Source: Candidatus Enterousia sp.
Lineage (GTDB): Bacteria > Pseudomonadota > Alphaproteobacteria > Rs-D84
Assembly: GCA_045613785.1 (NCBI GenBank)
Contig: JAZLBQ010000012.1
Span: 32,099 to 96,098, forward strand
Length of the DNA stretch: 64,000 bases
Reading direction: 5' to 3'
The translations under genes and the position numbers were made by a program. The notes under the pieces are model-generated. The model saw nothing but the letters and a program-made list of their open reading frames with translations. It did not search any database and was not told where the DNA came from. Numbering within the stretch: the stretch's first letter is position 1; each line of letters opens with the position of its first letter. Of this stretch, positions 49,151 to 59,402 are shown one piece after another.

Positions 49151-49693
49151 TTATTTTCCTTGGTTTTGTTCTGCGTAACTGGGGCGTAAATACATTGGCA
49201 CAACGGGTGTGATGTTGTTTTGCTGGATTTTGTCTGCTACAACGACGACCCCCAGTCTCAAATCAACAGGTTTATGTCCAACTGTTCGTGGCCATTCCAT
49301 CTGTTTTGTTTCCAGTGTATCAATATCCATGACTTGTGGTTCCAGACCATTTGCTGCTACAAAGAAATCCCCACGTCCTGAATCGATTGCAACGAATGCG
49401 TCTGGTGTTGCTGTCAAATACAGGTCAAACAAACTAACACCCACAACTGGAATATTCAGTCCCATTGCGACACCCTTGGCGTATGCGATCCCCAGTCTGA
49501 TTCCTGTGAAACTGCCTGGGCCAACTACAACCCCAATGGCACTTAAATCAGACCATTTTGCACCACATTCAGTGATAAATTTTTCACATTCTGTTGCTAA
49601 TGCGACTGATTGTTTATCGACTTCAACTGATTTATAGTTGTTTTCCAACGCAAATTCTAAATTCTTACCAGATGTGTTTATTATCAAAATCAT
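49151..49693 (-). CDS. tsaB: tRNA t6A biosynthesis protein TsaB (short form)
   Basis: VVVGPGSFTGIRLGIAYAKG. Confidence 0.88.
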   Translation of the reverse strand: MILIINTSGKNLEFALENNYKSVEVDKQSVALATECEKFITECGAKWSDLSAIGVVVGPGSFTGIRLGIAYAKGVAMGLNIPVVGVSLFDLYLTATPDAFVAIDSGRGDFFVAANGLEPQVMDIDTLETKQMEWPRTVGHKPVDLRLGVVVVADKIQQNNITPVVPMYLRPSYAEQNQGK

Positions 49694-51453
49694 ATCCGCA
49701 CCCCAAATCCAATTTTCTTGGCAAATCCTGCAGACTTGCGAAGTGCCAGCAAAGAATCAATCTTTTCTGGTGTAAATTCTGTCTGCACATCTTCACAGTT
49801 ATTTTCCAACAATGCACGACGCAACACTGCTGTCAATTCACGCTGAATCTGGCGAACACCTTGTTCTGATGTATAGTTTTGAATCAGATGTCGTATTGCG
49901 TCGTCTGAAATTAAAATGTTATCCACTTCCCAGCCTGTATCGCGTGCTGCACGTTCAATCAGATGCTCACGAACGATTCTGATTTTTTCGTCCATTGAAT
50001 ATCCTGGTATTTCAACAATTTCCATACGGTCTTTCAATGCGTTTGACATGTTCAGACTGTTTGCCGTTGCGATGAACATAACATTAGAAAGGTCAAAGTC
50101 CACTTCCAAATAATGATCACGGAAACTTTTATTCTGTTCAGGATCTAGGATTTCCAACAACGCCGCTTCTGGGTCGCCACGCCAATCACGTCCCATTTTG
50201 TCGATTTCGTCCAGAACAATAACAGGGTTGTTTGTTTTGCAGCGTTTTAATGCGTCCATAATGCGTCCTGCTTGGGCTCCGATATAAGTTTTGCGATGCC
50301 CACGAAAATGTGCCTCGTCCGAGATGCCACCCAACGAAATACGTTGATATTTTCTTCCCAGTGCGTTTGCGATTGATTTGCCTAACGATGTTTTACCAAC
50401 GCCTGGCTCGCCAACAAAGCACAAAATACTGCCACGATTAGACTTGGTCTTTTTCATAACAGCAATGTGTTCCAGAATTCGTTCTTTGACTGCGTCCATG
50501 CCAGAATGTTCACTGTTCAAAATTTCACGTGCTTTAATCAGGTCGATTGATGGTGTTGGTGTTTTGCTCCACGGCATTGCCAACAGTTCATCCAAATATG
50601 TTTTTAACAAACCACCTTCATTTGACATTGGCGACATTGAACGCATACGTTTCCACTCGCTAAGTGCTTTTTCTTTGGCTTCACTTGGCATAGACGAACG
50701 CATAATTTTTTTGCGTAAGTTTGCGGTATCAACTTCGCCGTCATCTTCGCCCATTTCTTTTTGCAATGCACGCATTTTTTCTTGCAAGATTGCTTCTCGA
50801 CGGCCATTTTCCATTTGTTGATGGATTCGCTTGTTGATAGATTCTTCTATCTTTGCGGTTTCAGCCATAAGTTTGATTTCTTCTAACAAGATTGTCAGTT
50901 TTTCTGCCCAGCTTTTTGCACACAAAACTTTGACGGCTACATCTGTATCTAAATCAGCTGTTTGAATTACCGAATCAACAAACGCAGGTAGTGGGTAATT
51001 CGCCACAACACTGCGTAACTTGTCCAGTTTGAATTTTCTGGTTGAAGCGGCCAATGCTTGCATGTTATCTGCTAAAATATCACGCAACAACAATGTCTGT
51101 TCTGATTCCTTATCGTCAGCGATTTGAATCGGTTCTGCATTAGCGGTAAAGAATCCGTCATTTACCTCTATGTCTTTCAGTGAAACCACACCAGTGGTTC
51201 GCATCAGTAAATGGATTGCCCCGTCTGGCATACTTAAAATCTGTGCGACTTCGCCAATTGTCCCGACGGTATAAATGTCGTCAACTGTAGTTGGATAAGC
51301 CCAACTGTGTTGAGGCACCAAAACTAAGGTTTGATGACCAGCCTTGGCGGCATTTTTTATACAATTTACAGACATAGTGTTATCGACCAAAACCGGCACC
51401 GTCAGGCCCGGTGATACGACCAAATCACGAAATGGTAAAATATAGTTTTTCAT
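49690..51453 (-). CDS. lon: Lon-like AAA+ ATPase lacking the C-terminal protease domain
   Basis: The LON N-domain (LPFRDLVVSPGLTVPVLV), Walker A GEPGVGKTS and Walker B VIVLDEIDKM are present. The ORF stops where the Ser-Lys protease domain should begin, overlapping the tsaB ATG (ATGA). Confidence 0.85.
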   Translation of the reverse strand: MKNYILPFRDLVVSPGLTVPVLVDNTMSVNCIKNAAKAGHQTLVLVPQHSWAYPTTVDDIYTVGTIGEVAQILSMPDGAIHLLMRTTGVVSLKDIEVNDGFFTANAEPIQIADDKESEQTLLLRDILADNMQALAASTRKFKLDKLRSVVANYPLPAFVDSVIQTADLDTDVAVKVLCAKSWAEKLTILLEEIKLMAETAKIEESINKRIHQQMENGRREAILQEKMRALQKEMGEDDGEVDTANLRKKIMRSSMPSEAKEKALSEWKRMRSMSPMSNEGGLLKTYLDELLAMPWSKTPTPSIDLIKAREILNSEHSGMDAVKERILEHIAVMKKTKSNRGSILCFVGEPGVGKTSLGKSIANALGRKYQRISLGGISDEAHFRGHRKTYIGAQAGRIMDALKRCKTNNPVIVLDEIDKMGRDWRGDPEAALLEILDPEQNKSFRDHYLEVDFDLSNVMFIATANSLNMSNALKDRMEIVEIPGYSMDEKIRIVREHLIERAARDTGWEVDNILISDDAIRHLIQNYTSEQGVRQIQRELTAVLRRALLENNCEDVQTEFTPEKIDSLLALRKSAGFAKKIGFGVRI

Positions 51454-51565
51454 AGCCCAACAAATATAAGTCTTTTTTATAAATTTTCAAGGAATATAAA
51501 ATCCAAAAAAACATAGAATAAAAAATCCTGCGTTTGCAGGATTTATTTTTATCGTTATGCACTTA

Positions 51566-51793
51566 TTAGCGACGACGAAATCCGTTATTGTGCTGTGCAC
51601 TGTTGCTTGAACGTTTTGACAAATAGCGTGCAGCAATCAAAATCAGCCATTCCAAAGACAACAAACCAACAGTTGCTAATTTGTTTTCAATTCCTGGAAT
51701 CATAACCAATGCATAAACCAACTGTGCCAAGAAAGACACATACAAAATACCGAATACGCCTGTAAAGAATACTTTTTTTACTTTTCCAAACAT
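51566..51793 (-). CDS. small membrane protein (75 aa)
   Basis: ATG at 51793 after AAAGGA, with two TM segments. The longer tracked ORF would run into the tmRNA gene. Confidence 0.55.
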   Translation of the reverse strand: MFGKVKKVFFTGVFGILYVSFLAQLVYALVMIPGIENKLATVGLLSLEWLILIAARYLSKRSSNSAQHNNGFRRR

Positions 51794-51834
51794 CTCTAAT
51801 GTCCTTTCACTGTTAAAGTTATAATAACATAATC

Positions 51835-52178
51835 CAGATGCCGGGGATTCTGGTGCCAGGTTCCCGGCGGACCCCGCAATAACTAAAACGAATACAATCA
51901 ACAATCGCCAATCGTATTCAAGCCATCATTAGGCAGCCATTGCAAGGCGAACATTGTCGTTCGCAGCGATTCTATCGCCATTCAGTTTTTATTTGGCTTT
52001 TAACGACACCACGTCGGATTCAACCAATTTGTCTTTCATCATCTGTCGAATCTATGTCAGCCCCATTTACAAATACGACCGAAATCATATCAATAAATGG
52101 TGGAGCTGTGGGGTACCGCCCCCCAGTCCAAAATGACTATTTCACAACGGTTTCAGAATCATCACTGCAAAGCAGCGA
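51835..52178 (-). ncRNA. ssrA: two-piece (circularly permuted) tmRNA, tag ANDNVRLAMAA
   Basis: Minus strand: an acceptor piece ends ...TGGGG-GGCGGTA-CCCCA-CAGCTCC-A-CCA (CCA at 52100-52098). The coding piece starts GGGGCTGACATAGATTCGACAG at 52064. The tag ORF is 51964-51929. The ends are approximate. Confidence 0.85.
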
Positions 52179-52183
52179 TAAAT

Positions 52184-52212
52184 ATTATAGTCTTTTAGAC
52201 TGGAAATTGCAA
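52184..52212 (-). promoter_or_regulatory. sigma70-type promoter of ssrA
   Basis: Minus strand TTGCAA, 17 nt spacer, TATAAT. Confidence 0.7.
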
Positions 52213-52220
52213 GTTTTTAA

Positions 52221-53730
<1,510 letters not shown>

Positions 53731-53740
53731 AAATAAATTT

Positions 53741-53769
53741 TTGCAATTTGCTATATTCTCTGTTATGAT
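53741..53769 (+). promoter_or_regulatory. sigma70-type promoter of the rubrerythrin gene
   Basis: TTGCAA, 17 nt spacer, TATGAT. Confidence 0.65.
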
Positions 53770-53811
53770 TTTTCCACAAACAAAAACAAAAAGCAAAAGG
53801 AGACAGATACA

Positions 53812-54435
53812 ATGGTATCATTAAAAGGAACGCAGACAGAAAAGAATCTGTTGATTGCATTTGCCGGTGAATCTCAGGCACGCAACCGCTACACAATGTA
53901 TGCATCTGCCGCCAAGAAAGAAGGCTATCAGGCAATTTCAAAAATCTTCCTTGAAACAGCCGACCAAGAAAAAGAACACGCATCACGTTTGTTCAAATTC
54001 TTAGAAGGTGGTGAATTGGAAATCACTGCATCTTTCCCAGCAGGAAAAATCGGCACAACACTTGAAAACTTGCAGGCTGCTGCATACGGCGAACACGAAG
54101 AAAATACAGAAATGTATCCAAAGTTTGCTCAGATTGCTGCCCAAGAAGGTTTTCCTGCAATTGCAGAAATTTTAAAGAATATAGGTTTGGCGGAACGTTA
54201 TCATGAATCTCGTTTCCGTGCTTTGGCCGAAGCAATCGAAGATGGTTCTCTGTTCAAACAGGACAAAATCGTTATGTGGCGTTGCACAAACTGCGGTATG
54301 TGGCAGATTAGCAACGAAGCACCAAAAGTATGTCCTGCGTGCTTACATGAACAAGGCTATTTCATCAGCGAAGGCACAATTTCACGTTGCGACACTAATG
54401 AAGGATTCTGTGAATACAGTGCAATCGACGACTAA
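53812..54435 (+). CDS. rbr: rubrerythrin
   Basis: Ferritin-like diiron ExxH motifs (EEHAS.., EHEEN) plus C-terminal rubredoxin-like CTNCG...CPAC. A terminator lies at 54437-54466. Confidence 0.92.
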   Translation: MVSLKGTQTEKNLLIAFAGESQARNRYTMYASAAKKEGYQAISKIFLETADQEKEHASRLFKFLEGGELEITASFPAGKIGTTLENLQAAAYGEHEENTEMYPKFAQIAAQEGFPAIAEILKNIGLAERYHESRFRALAEAIEDGSLFKQDKIVMWRCTNCGMWQISNEAPKVCPACLHEQGYFISEGTISRCDTNEGFCEYSAIDD

Positions 54436-54540
54436 TAAAAAATCCCCAGTTTTGGGGATTTTTTTGTATTCTAAAACAAAACGGATACGTTTCCTGAAAT
54501 GCCCTTGAATACAAGGGCGTTTTTTGATATAATTTGGACT

Positions 54541-55710
54541 ATGAAAATCAGCAGACGTAATCTTTTGAAAATCACAGGTTTTTCCGTTTGTGTGGCAGCA
54601 ATGTTGCCACGAACAGCATTAGCGGCACGTAATTCTTTGCGTTCTCTTCGCACGGGTGTTCAACCTGGTAATAAAACACGTCTGGTAATTGAAACGGCGA
54701 ACCGTCCATCGTATTCTTTATCATACCCTGCGGGTCAGTTGGTTGTAAATATTGCTAATACGTCTGCAAATACTGGGATTTCTGCATCCCTTGCGTCGGG
54801 CGGACTGGTAAAAAGTATTGCCCAGGCACAAAACGGCGACAGCTTACAGATTATTGCGACTCTTAAAAAGTCTATTTCCCAGATTCCAAAATCTTCGATA
54901 ATGATTTTAGAACCAAACGGCGATAATGATTATCGTTTGGTGTTGGATTTTGTTGCTGGTGCAACAAATGCCCCTGCAAAAGACGAATACACAACATCAT
55001 CTGCGACCGCCACTACTGCGATAACAGCGGCTCGTAAATATATTATTGTTATTGACGCTGGCCACGGTGGCAAAGATCCTGGTTGTATTGGCAAGGGTGG
55101 CACTCAGGAAAAGGACGTTGTTTTATCGGTTGCTAAAAAGTTAAAGGCGAAATTAGATTCTGCTGGATTCAAAACGTATTTAACACGCAGTGATGACCGC
55201 TATTTGAAATTGGCAGAACGTGCATCTATTGCAGAGAAGCGTAAAGCAGACTTGTTTATATCTTTGCACGCAAACGCTAATCCGTCACGCAAGATGAAGG
55301 GCTTTTCGATATACACATTGTCTGAAAAGGCATCTGACGAAGAGGCCAAAAAACTGGCTGAGGCTGAAAATGCCGCCGACAAAATCGGGGTAGAGGGATT
55401 TACCCAATTCGAAGAAAATATCCGCATTGCTTTGTCGTCATTGCAACAACACGCTGTTGCGGAAATGAGTGAAGAATACGCCAACGGCTGTGCTAAATCG
55501 TTCAAGCGTGCTGACATTGAACAACAGCCTGGGCCTGACGTTCGTCATGCGCCATTTGCGGTATTGCGTTCAACTGTTCCTGGTGCGTTGTTAGAATTGG
55601 GGCATTTGTCAAATGCTGCCGAAGAAAAATTGTTAAAATCTGGCAAACATCAGGATAAATTGGTTGCGGCAATTGTAAAATCCGTCAAAAATTATAATTT
55701 TGAAGTATAA
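54541..55710 (+). CDS. amiC: N-acetylmuramoyl-L-alanine amidase (AmiC-type, Tat signal, AMIN domain)
   Basis: SRRNLLK twin-arginine signal, an AMIN-like N-domain, and Amidase_3 motifs IVIDAGHGGKDPG and SLHANA. Confidence 0.9.
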   Translation: MKISRRNLLKITGFSVCVAAMLPRTALAARNSLRSLRTGVQPGNKTRLVIETANRPSYSLSYPAGQLVVNIANTSANTGISASLASGGLVKSIAQAQNGDSLQIIATLKKSISQIPKSSIMILEPNGDNDYRLVLDFVAGATNAPAKDEYTTSSATATTAITAARKYIIVIDAGHGGKDPGCIGKGGTQEKDVVLSVAKKLKAKLDSAGFKTYLTRSDDRYLKLAERASIAEKRKADLFISLHANANPSRKMKGFSIYTLSEKASDEEAKKLAEAENAADKIGVEGFTQFEENIRIALSSLQQHAVAEMSEEYANGCAKSFKRADIEQQPGPDVRHAPFAVLRSTVPGALLELGHLSNAAEEKLLKSGKHQDKLVAAIVKSVKNYNFEV

Positions 55711-55798
55711 GTTCCCCATCAGTTTTTCTTAGTAATTTTTTGTATTGATACAATTCTCATAAATTTTCCATACTATACTGTGTAAGAGGATTTTTTTT

Positions 55799-55879
55799 AT
55801 GCGAATTGTTTTATCAACCATATTGTTTTTATGGTGTTTTTTATCCCTAGTGAATATCTTAACCTTTAGAAAAAAATAA
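55799..55879 (+). CDS. putative 26-aa hydrophobic peptide (MRIVLSTILFLWCFLSLVNILTFRKK)
   Basis: Not in the ORF track. AGAGGA lies 9 nt upstream of the ATG. The ORF is followed directly by the hairpin ATGCCCAaagTGGGCAT. Confidence 0.3.
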   Translation: MRIVLSTILFLWCFLSLVNILTFRKK

Positions 55880-55912
55880 AAATGCCCAAAGTGGGCATAT
55901 TTATTTCAAATC

Positions 55913-56003
55913 TGGCGGAGACGAAGGGATTTGAACCCTTGATACGGGGTTGCCGTATACACGATTTCGAGTCGCGCGCATTCAACCGCTCTGCCACGTC
56001 TCC
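55913..56003 (-). tRNA. tRNA-Ser (anticodon CGA), CCA encoded
   Basis: Reverse complement GGAGACG...anticodon loop CTCGAAA, a long variable arm, and T-loop TTCAAAT. Confidence 0.88.
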
Positions 56004-56086
56004 ACGGCGGCTATTATAACCAGGCTGGGATTATTTTGCAAGACCAAATATTTGACTTTTTTGCCCCAACTGATAAACTAAAAATC

Positions 56087-56431
56087 ATGGCAAAGACATT
56101 TAATGAAATGGTTTATGATACAGTTGCCCGTATCCCATATGGGCGGGTTGCAACATTTGGTCAAATCGCACAAATGATTGGACGACCACGCTGTGCACGA
56201 TTCGTTGGCTATGCGTCTAACAATCGTGATTACTGGCATTTGCCTTGGCATCGTGTTGTTTTTAAAAACGGGGTCTTGAATCCCAATATGCCCGACGAAC
56301 AATATCAAAGTTTGATATCCGAAGGTGTCAAATTTACCCCTGAAAAAACAGTCGTTATGTCAGAGTTTCAGTGGAATCCAGAGCGTGATTCTGCACCTGT
56401 TGATTTGCACGATTTTCCGCTGGTATTTTAA
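56087..56431 (+). CDS. alkyltransferase-like (ATL) protein, MGMT DNA-binding domain with Trp in place of the acceptor Cys
   Basis: IPYGRVATFGQIA helix-turn-helix and LPWHRVV in place of PCHRV. Confidence 0.8.
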   Translation: MAKTFNEMVYDTVARIPYGRVATFGQIAQMIGRPRCARFVGYASNNRDYWHLPWHRVVFKNGVLNPNMPDEQYQSLISEGVKFTPEKTVVMSEFQWNPERDSAPVDLHDFPLVF

Positions 56432-56463
56432 TCCAGAAATAAACAGGGCGGTCTGCCCCAGGG

Positions 56464-57207
56464 TTATTTTTTACCAGGTTTTTGTTTTGTGATTTTGCTA
56501 TAAATATCATCTTTACTCAACTTTTTGTATGTTATAAACCACGGAGAGTTGCCACTGTGCTTACGCATTACATCTGCTGTCTTTGGGGCAGGGGTCAATA
56601 CATCATCGCCAGGCACCCAATTTACTGGTGTTGCCACACCAAATGCATCTGCGGTCTGTAATCCGACCAAGATTCTTTCAATTTCGTCCAGGTTTCTTCC
56701 CAATGTTGCTGGATAGTATAAAATTGTGCGAATAACACTGTTTGGGTCGATAATAAAGACCGCCCGAACAGCGTTAGTATTTGAAGAATGTGGTTGAATC
56801 ATTCCGTAGTGTTTGGCAACTTGCATATTCAGGTCGTCAATAACAGGGAATTGAATAGTTGCACCACCTGGCATTTTTTCAATAGCATCAAACCAGCCCA
56901 GGTGTGAACTTAGTGCCCCAACAGACAGCCCCAGTAATTTTGCGTTCAGTTTAGCAAAAGTGTCCATTTTACGCTGAAATGCGATAAATTCTGTTGTGCA
57001 AACAGGTGTAAAATCTGACGGATGCGAAAAGAAAATTGTCCAACTGCCGATATAGTCTTTTGGGAATTCGATTGTCCCATTTGTTGTGTTTGCAATAAAA
57101 CTTGGTGCGATATCGCCAATAAGTGGTATGTTTTTAAAGTCAGATTTTTGATTTTCTTCGGTTTTATCCAGTTTGTCACAATCGTATAATCCCATCACAT
57201 CGTTCAT
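56464..57207 (-). CDS. peroxiredoxin (1-Cys / Prx6-like)
   Basis: WTIFFSHPSDFTPVCTTE peroxidatic Cys motif. Start at the ATG at 57207 after AGGGGGA. Confidence 0.9.
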   Translation of the reverse strand: MNDVMGLYDCDKLDKTEENQKSDFKNIPLIGDIAPSFIANTTNGTIEFPKDYIGSWTIFFSHPSDFTPVCTTEFIAFQRKMDTFAKLNAKLLGLSVGALSSHLGWFDAIEKMPGGATIQFPVIDDLNMQVAKHYGMIQPHSSNTNAVRAVFIIDPNSVIRTILYYPATLGRNLDEIERILVGLQTADAFGVATPVNWVPGDDVLTPAPKTADVMRKHSGNSPWFITYKKLSKDDIYSKITKQKPGKK

Positions 57208-57348
57208 AAAATCCCCCTTTGTTGTTAAAAATTCTAACAAAAAGGCGTTTTTTATTGCACAGGAAGGTATTCTTTGTATAAAAAAACTTTATTCTTGATA
57301 AAATGTGCTAAGATATAAATAATATAGGGCAATAAAAAGGATGTAAAA

Positions 57349-57630
57349 ATGAAACGCTCGGACATAGTTCGTTCTATTCAGGTAAAATTCAAGCACATGC
57401 GTTCAACAGACGCTGCTGCTATTTTAGATACAGTTTCGGATCATATGATTGAATCTGTGGCAAATGGTGACAGAATTGAAATTCGTGGCTTTGGAACTTT
57501 TCAGCCACGTGCACGTGCGACCAAGGTTGGATATAATCCTTGCACTGGTCAGCCAATGCCATTGCCAGCCAGTACAACAATTTTGTTTAAGCCTAGCCGT
57601 GAATTAACTAAAAAGATGAATGGGCAATAA
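57349..57630 (+). CDS. ihfB: integration host factor subunit beta
   Basis: 93 aa; IEIRGFGTFQPRARATKVGYNPCTGQPMPLPAS. Confidence 0.9.
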   Translation: MKRSDIVRSIQVKFKHMRSTDAAAILDTVSDHMIESVANGDRIEIRGFGTFQPRARATKVGYNPCTGQPMPLPASTTILFKPSRELTKKMNGQ

Positions 57631-57632
57631 TT

Positions 57633-59378
57633 ATGTTATTTGGAAAAAAGTCTGGTATCAAAAATCGTAATCGTGAACGTTATGAACGTGTCCGTCGTTT
57701 GATGTGGATAAAATGTGAATCGTGCGGAAAGCTGGTTTATTATAAAGATTACAAGGATAATAAATATATCTGCCCACGCTGTGGTCGTGCGTTTATTATG
57801 ACCCCGAAACAGCGTTTTGATTTACTGTTCGATGACAATTCTTGGGTTCGTTTGCCATCGCCAAATGTTTCTGATGACCCGTTAAATTTTATTGACCGTG
57901 TCGCATACCAAGATCGCCTAGCAGAAGCACGCTCAGAAACAGGTTGTTATGATGCAGTTTCGACCGCAGACGGCACTATTGGTGGTGTTCCATCAACAAT
58001 CTGTGTTTTGAACGGATTGTTTATGATGGGGTCTATGGGGCGTGCAGCTGGAGATGCGATTGTTGCGGCAATGGAACATGCGGTTGCGGAAAAGCGTTCC
58101 TTTATAATGGTTACGTCCAGTGGCGGTGCCCGTATGCAGGAAAATATTTTATCTCTGATGCAAATGGCACGCACAACAGTTGCTGTAAATAAATTGCACG
58201 CAAACGGTATTCCATACATTGTTCTGTTGACTGATCCTACCTTTGGTGGGGTGACGGCATCATTTGCAATGCTGGGGGATATTCATATTGCAGAAAAGGG
58301 GGCACGTATTGGCTTTGCGGGTCGTCGTGTAATTGAACAGAATATTCGTGAAAAATTGCCAGCAAACTTCCAGACAGCTGATTATTTGTATGAACATGGT
58401 ATGGTTGATATGGTTGTTGCACGTGGTGAATTGCACGATGCGATTGCACGGATTTTGGCGGTGCTGACCAAACAAGAACGTTCGCCAAAACAAATTATTG
58501 CTACGACGCCACAGCATGACATTTCAAAAAAGATTCGTGGCATGGGCGAGTCAGAGGCCTATGACAAAGTTTTACTGGCACGTAATGAAAACCGTCCGCA
58601 TTTCTTGGATTATATAAATGGGATTGTTGACGATTGGACATACTTGGCTGGAGACAGACTGTATTCCGAAGACCCTGCAATGGCAACAGGAATTGGATTC
58701 TGGCGTGGTTTTCCGGCAGTGATAATTGGCCAGGAACAAGGTCGCAGTATTGAAACACGACAAAAACATCGTTTTGGTATGGCCAATCCCGATGGTTATC
58801 GCAAGGCGATACGTATGATGCGTCTGGCTGAAAAGTTTAAATTGCCACTGATTTCATTGTTTGATACGGCTGGTGCGTTTGCTGGCCGTGAAGGCGAAGA
58901 ACGTGGTCAGTCCCAGGCGGTTGCGTCATCGATTGCGGCAGGTTTGTCTATTGCAACGCCATATATTGCTGTAAACGTAGGTCAGGGCGGTTCTGGTGGT
59001 GCGATTGCGATTGGAACAGGCGACCGTGTGCTGATGCTGGAAAACGCAATTTATTCTGTGATTGCACCAGAATCATGTGCCAGCATTTTGTGGCGTGACA
59101 ATAATTACAAGGCAACCGCTGCCACGGCAATGAAGTTGACTGCACGTGATATGGCGGATATGAACGTAATTGACGAGATTATTCACGAACCAGCCGGTGG
59201 TGCACACACAGATTGGCAAACAACAATGGAATTGTTGGCAAATTCTGTTGCGAAACATATTGCGGATTTGCAACAGGTGCCTGCATCTGAGTTGCCCGCA
59301 CGTCGTGCTGAAAAGTTCTTAGCAATGACACGTGATGTTGAGATATATCAACCTGAACACGTTGCAGACGAACACTAA
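57633..59378 (+). CDS. accDA: fused acetyl-CoA carboxylase carboxyltransferase beta-alpha (AccD-AccA)
   Basis: The N-terminal half is AccD (zinc ribbon CESCG...CPRCG, GGARMQE). The C-terminal half is AccA (RPHFLDYI, GMANPDGYRKAIRMMRLAEKF, DTAGAFAG, GGSGGA). Confidence 0.9.
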   Translation: MLFGKKSGIKNRNRERYERVRRLMWIKCESCGKLVYYKDYKDNKYICPRCGRAFIMTPKQRFDLLFDDNSWVRLPSPNVSDDPLNFIDRVAYQDRLAEARSETGCYDAVSTADGTIGGVPSTICVLNGLFMMGSMGRAAGDAIVAAMEHAVAEKRSFIMVTSSGGARMQENILSLMQMARTTVAVNKLHANGIPYIVLLTDPTFGGVTASFAMLGDIHIAEKGARIGFAGRRVIEQNIREKLPANFQTADYLYEHGMVDMVVARGELHDAIARILAVLTKQERSPKQIIATTPQHDISKKIRGMGESEAYDKVLLARNENRPHFLDYINGIVDDWTYLAGDRLYSEDPAMATGIGFWRGFPAVIIGQEQGRSIETRQKHRFGMANPDGYRKAIRMMRLAEKFKLPLISLFDTAGAFAGREGEERGQSQAVASSIAAGLSIATPYIAVNVGQGGSGGAIAIGTGDRVLMLENAIYSVIAPESCASILWRDNNYKATAATAMKLTARDMADMNVIDEIIHEPAGGAHTDWQTTMELLANSVAKHIADLQQVPASELPARRAEKFLAMTRDVEIYQPEHVADEH

Positions 59379-59402
59379 ATAAATCCCGCCAATTGGTGGG
59401 AT

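Noticed and set aside
51794-51904. N-terminal extension of ORF 51566-51904.
   Set aside because: It overlaps the 3' part of the tmRNA coding piece. The internal ATG at 51793 with an SD gives a coherent 75-aa membrane protein.
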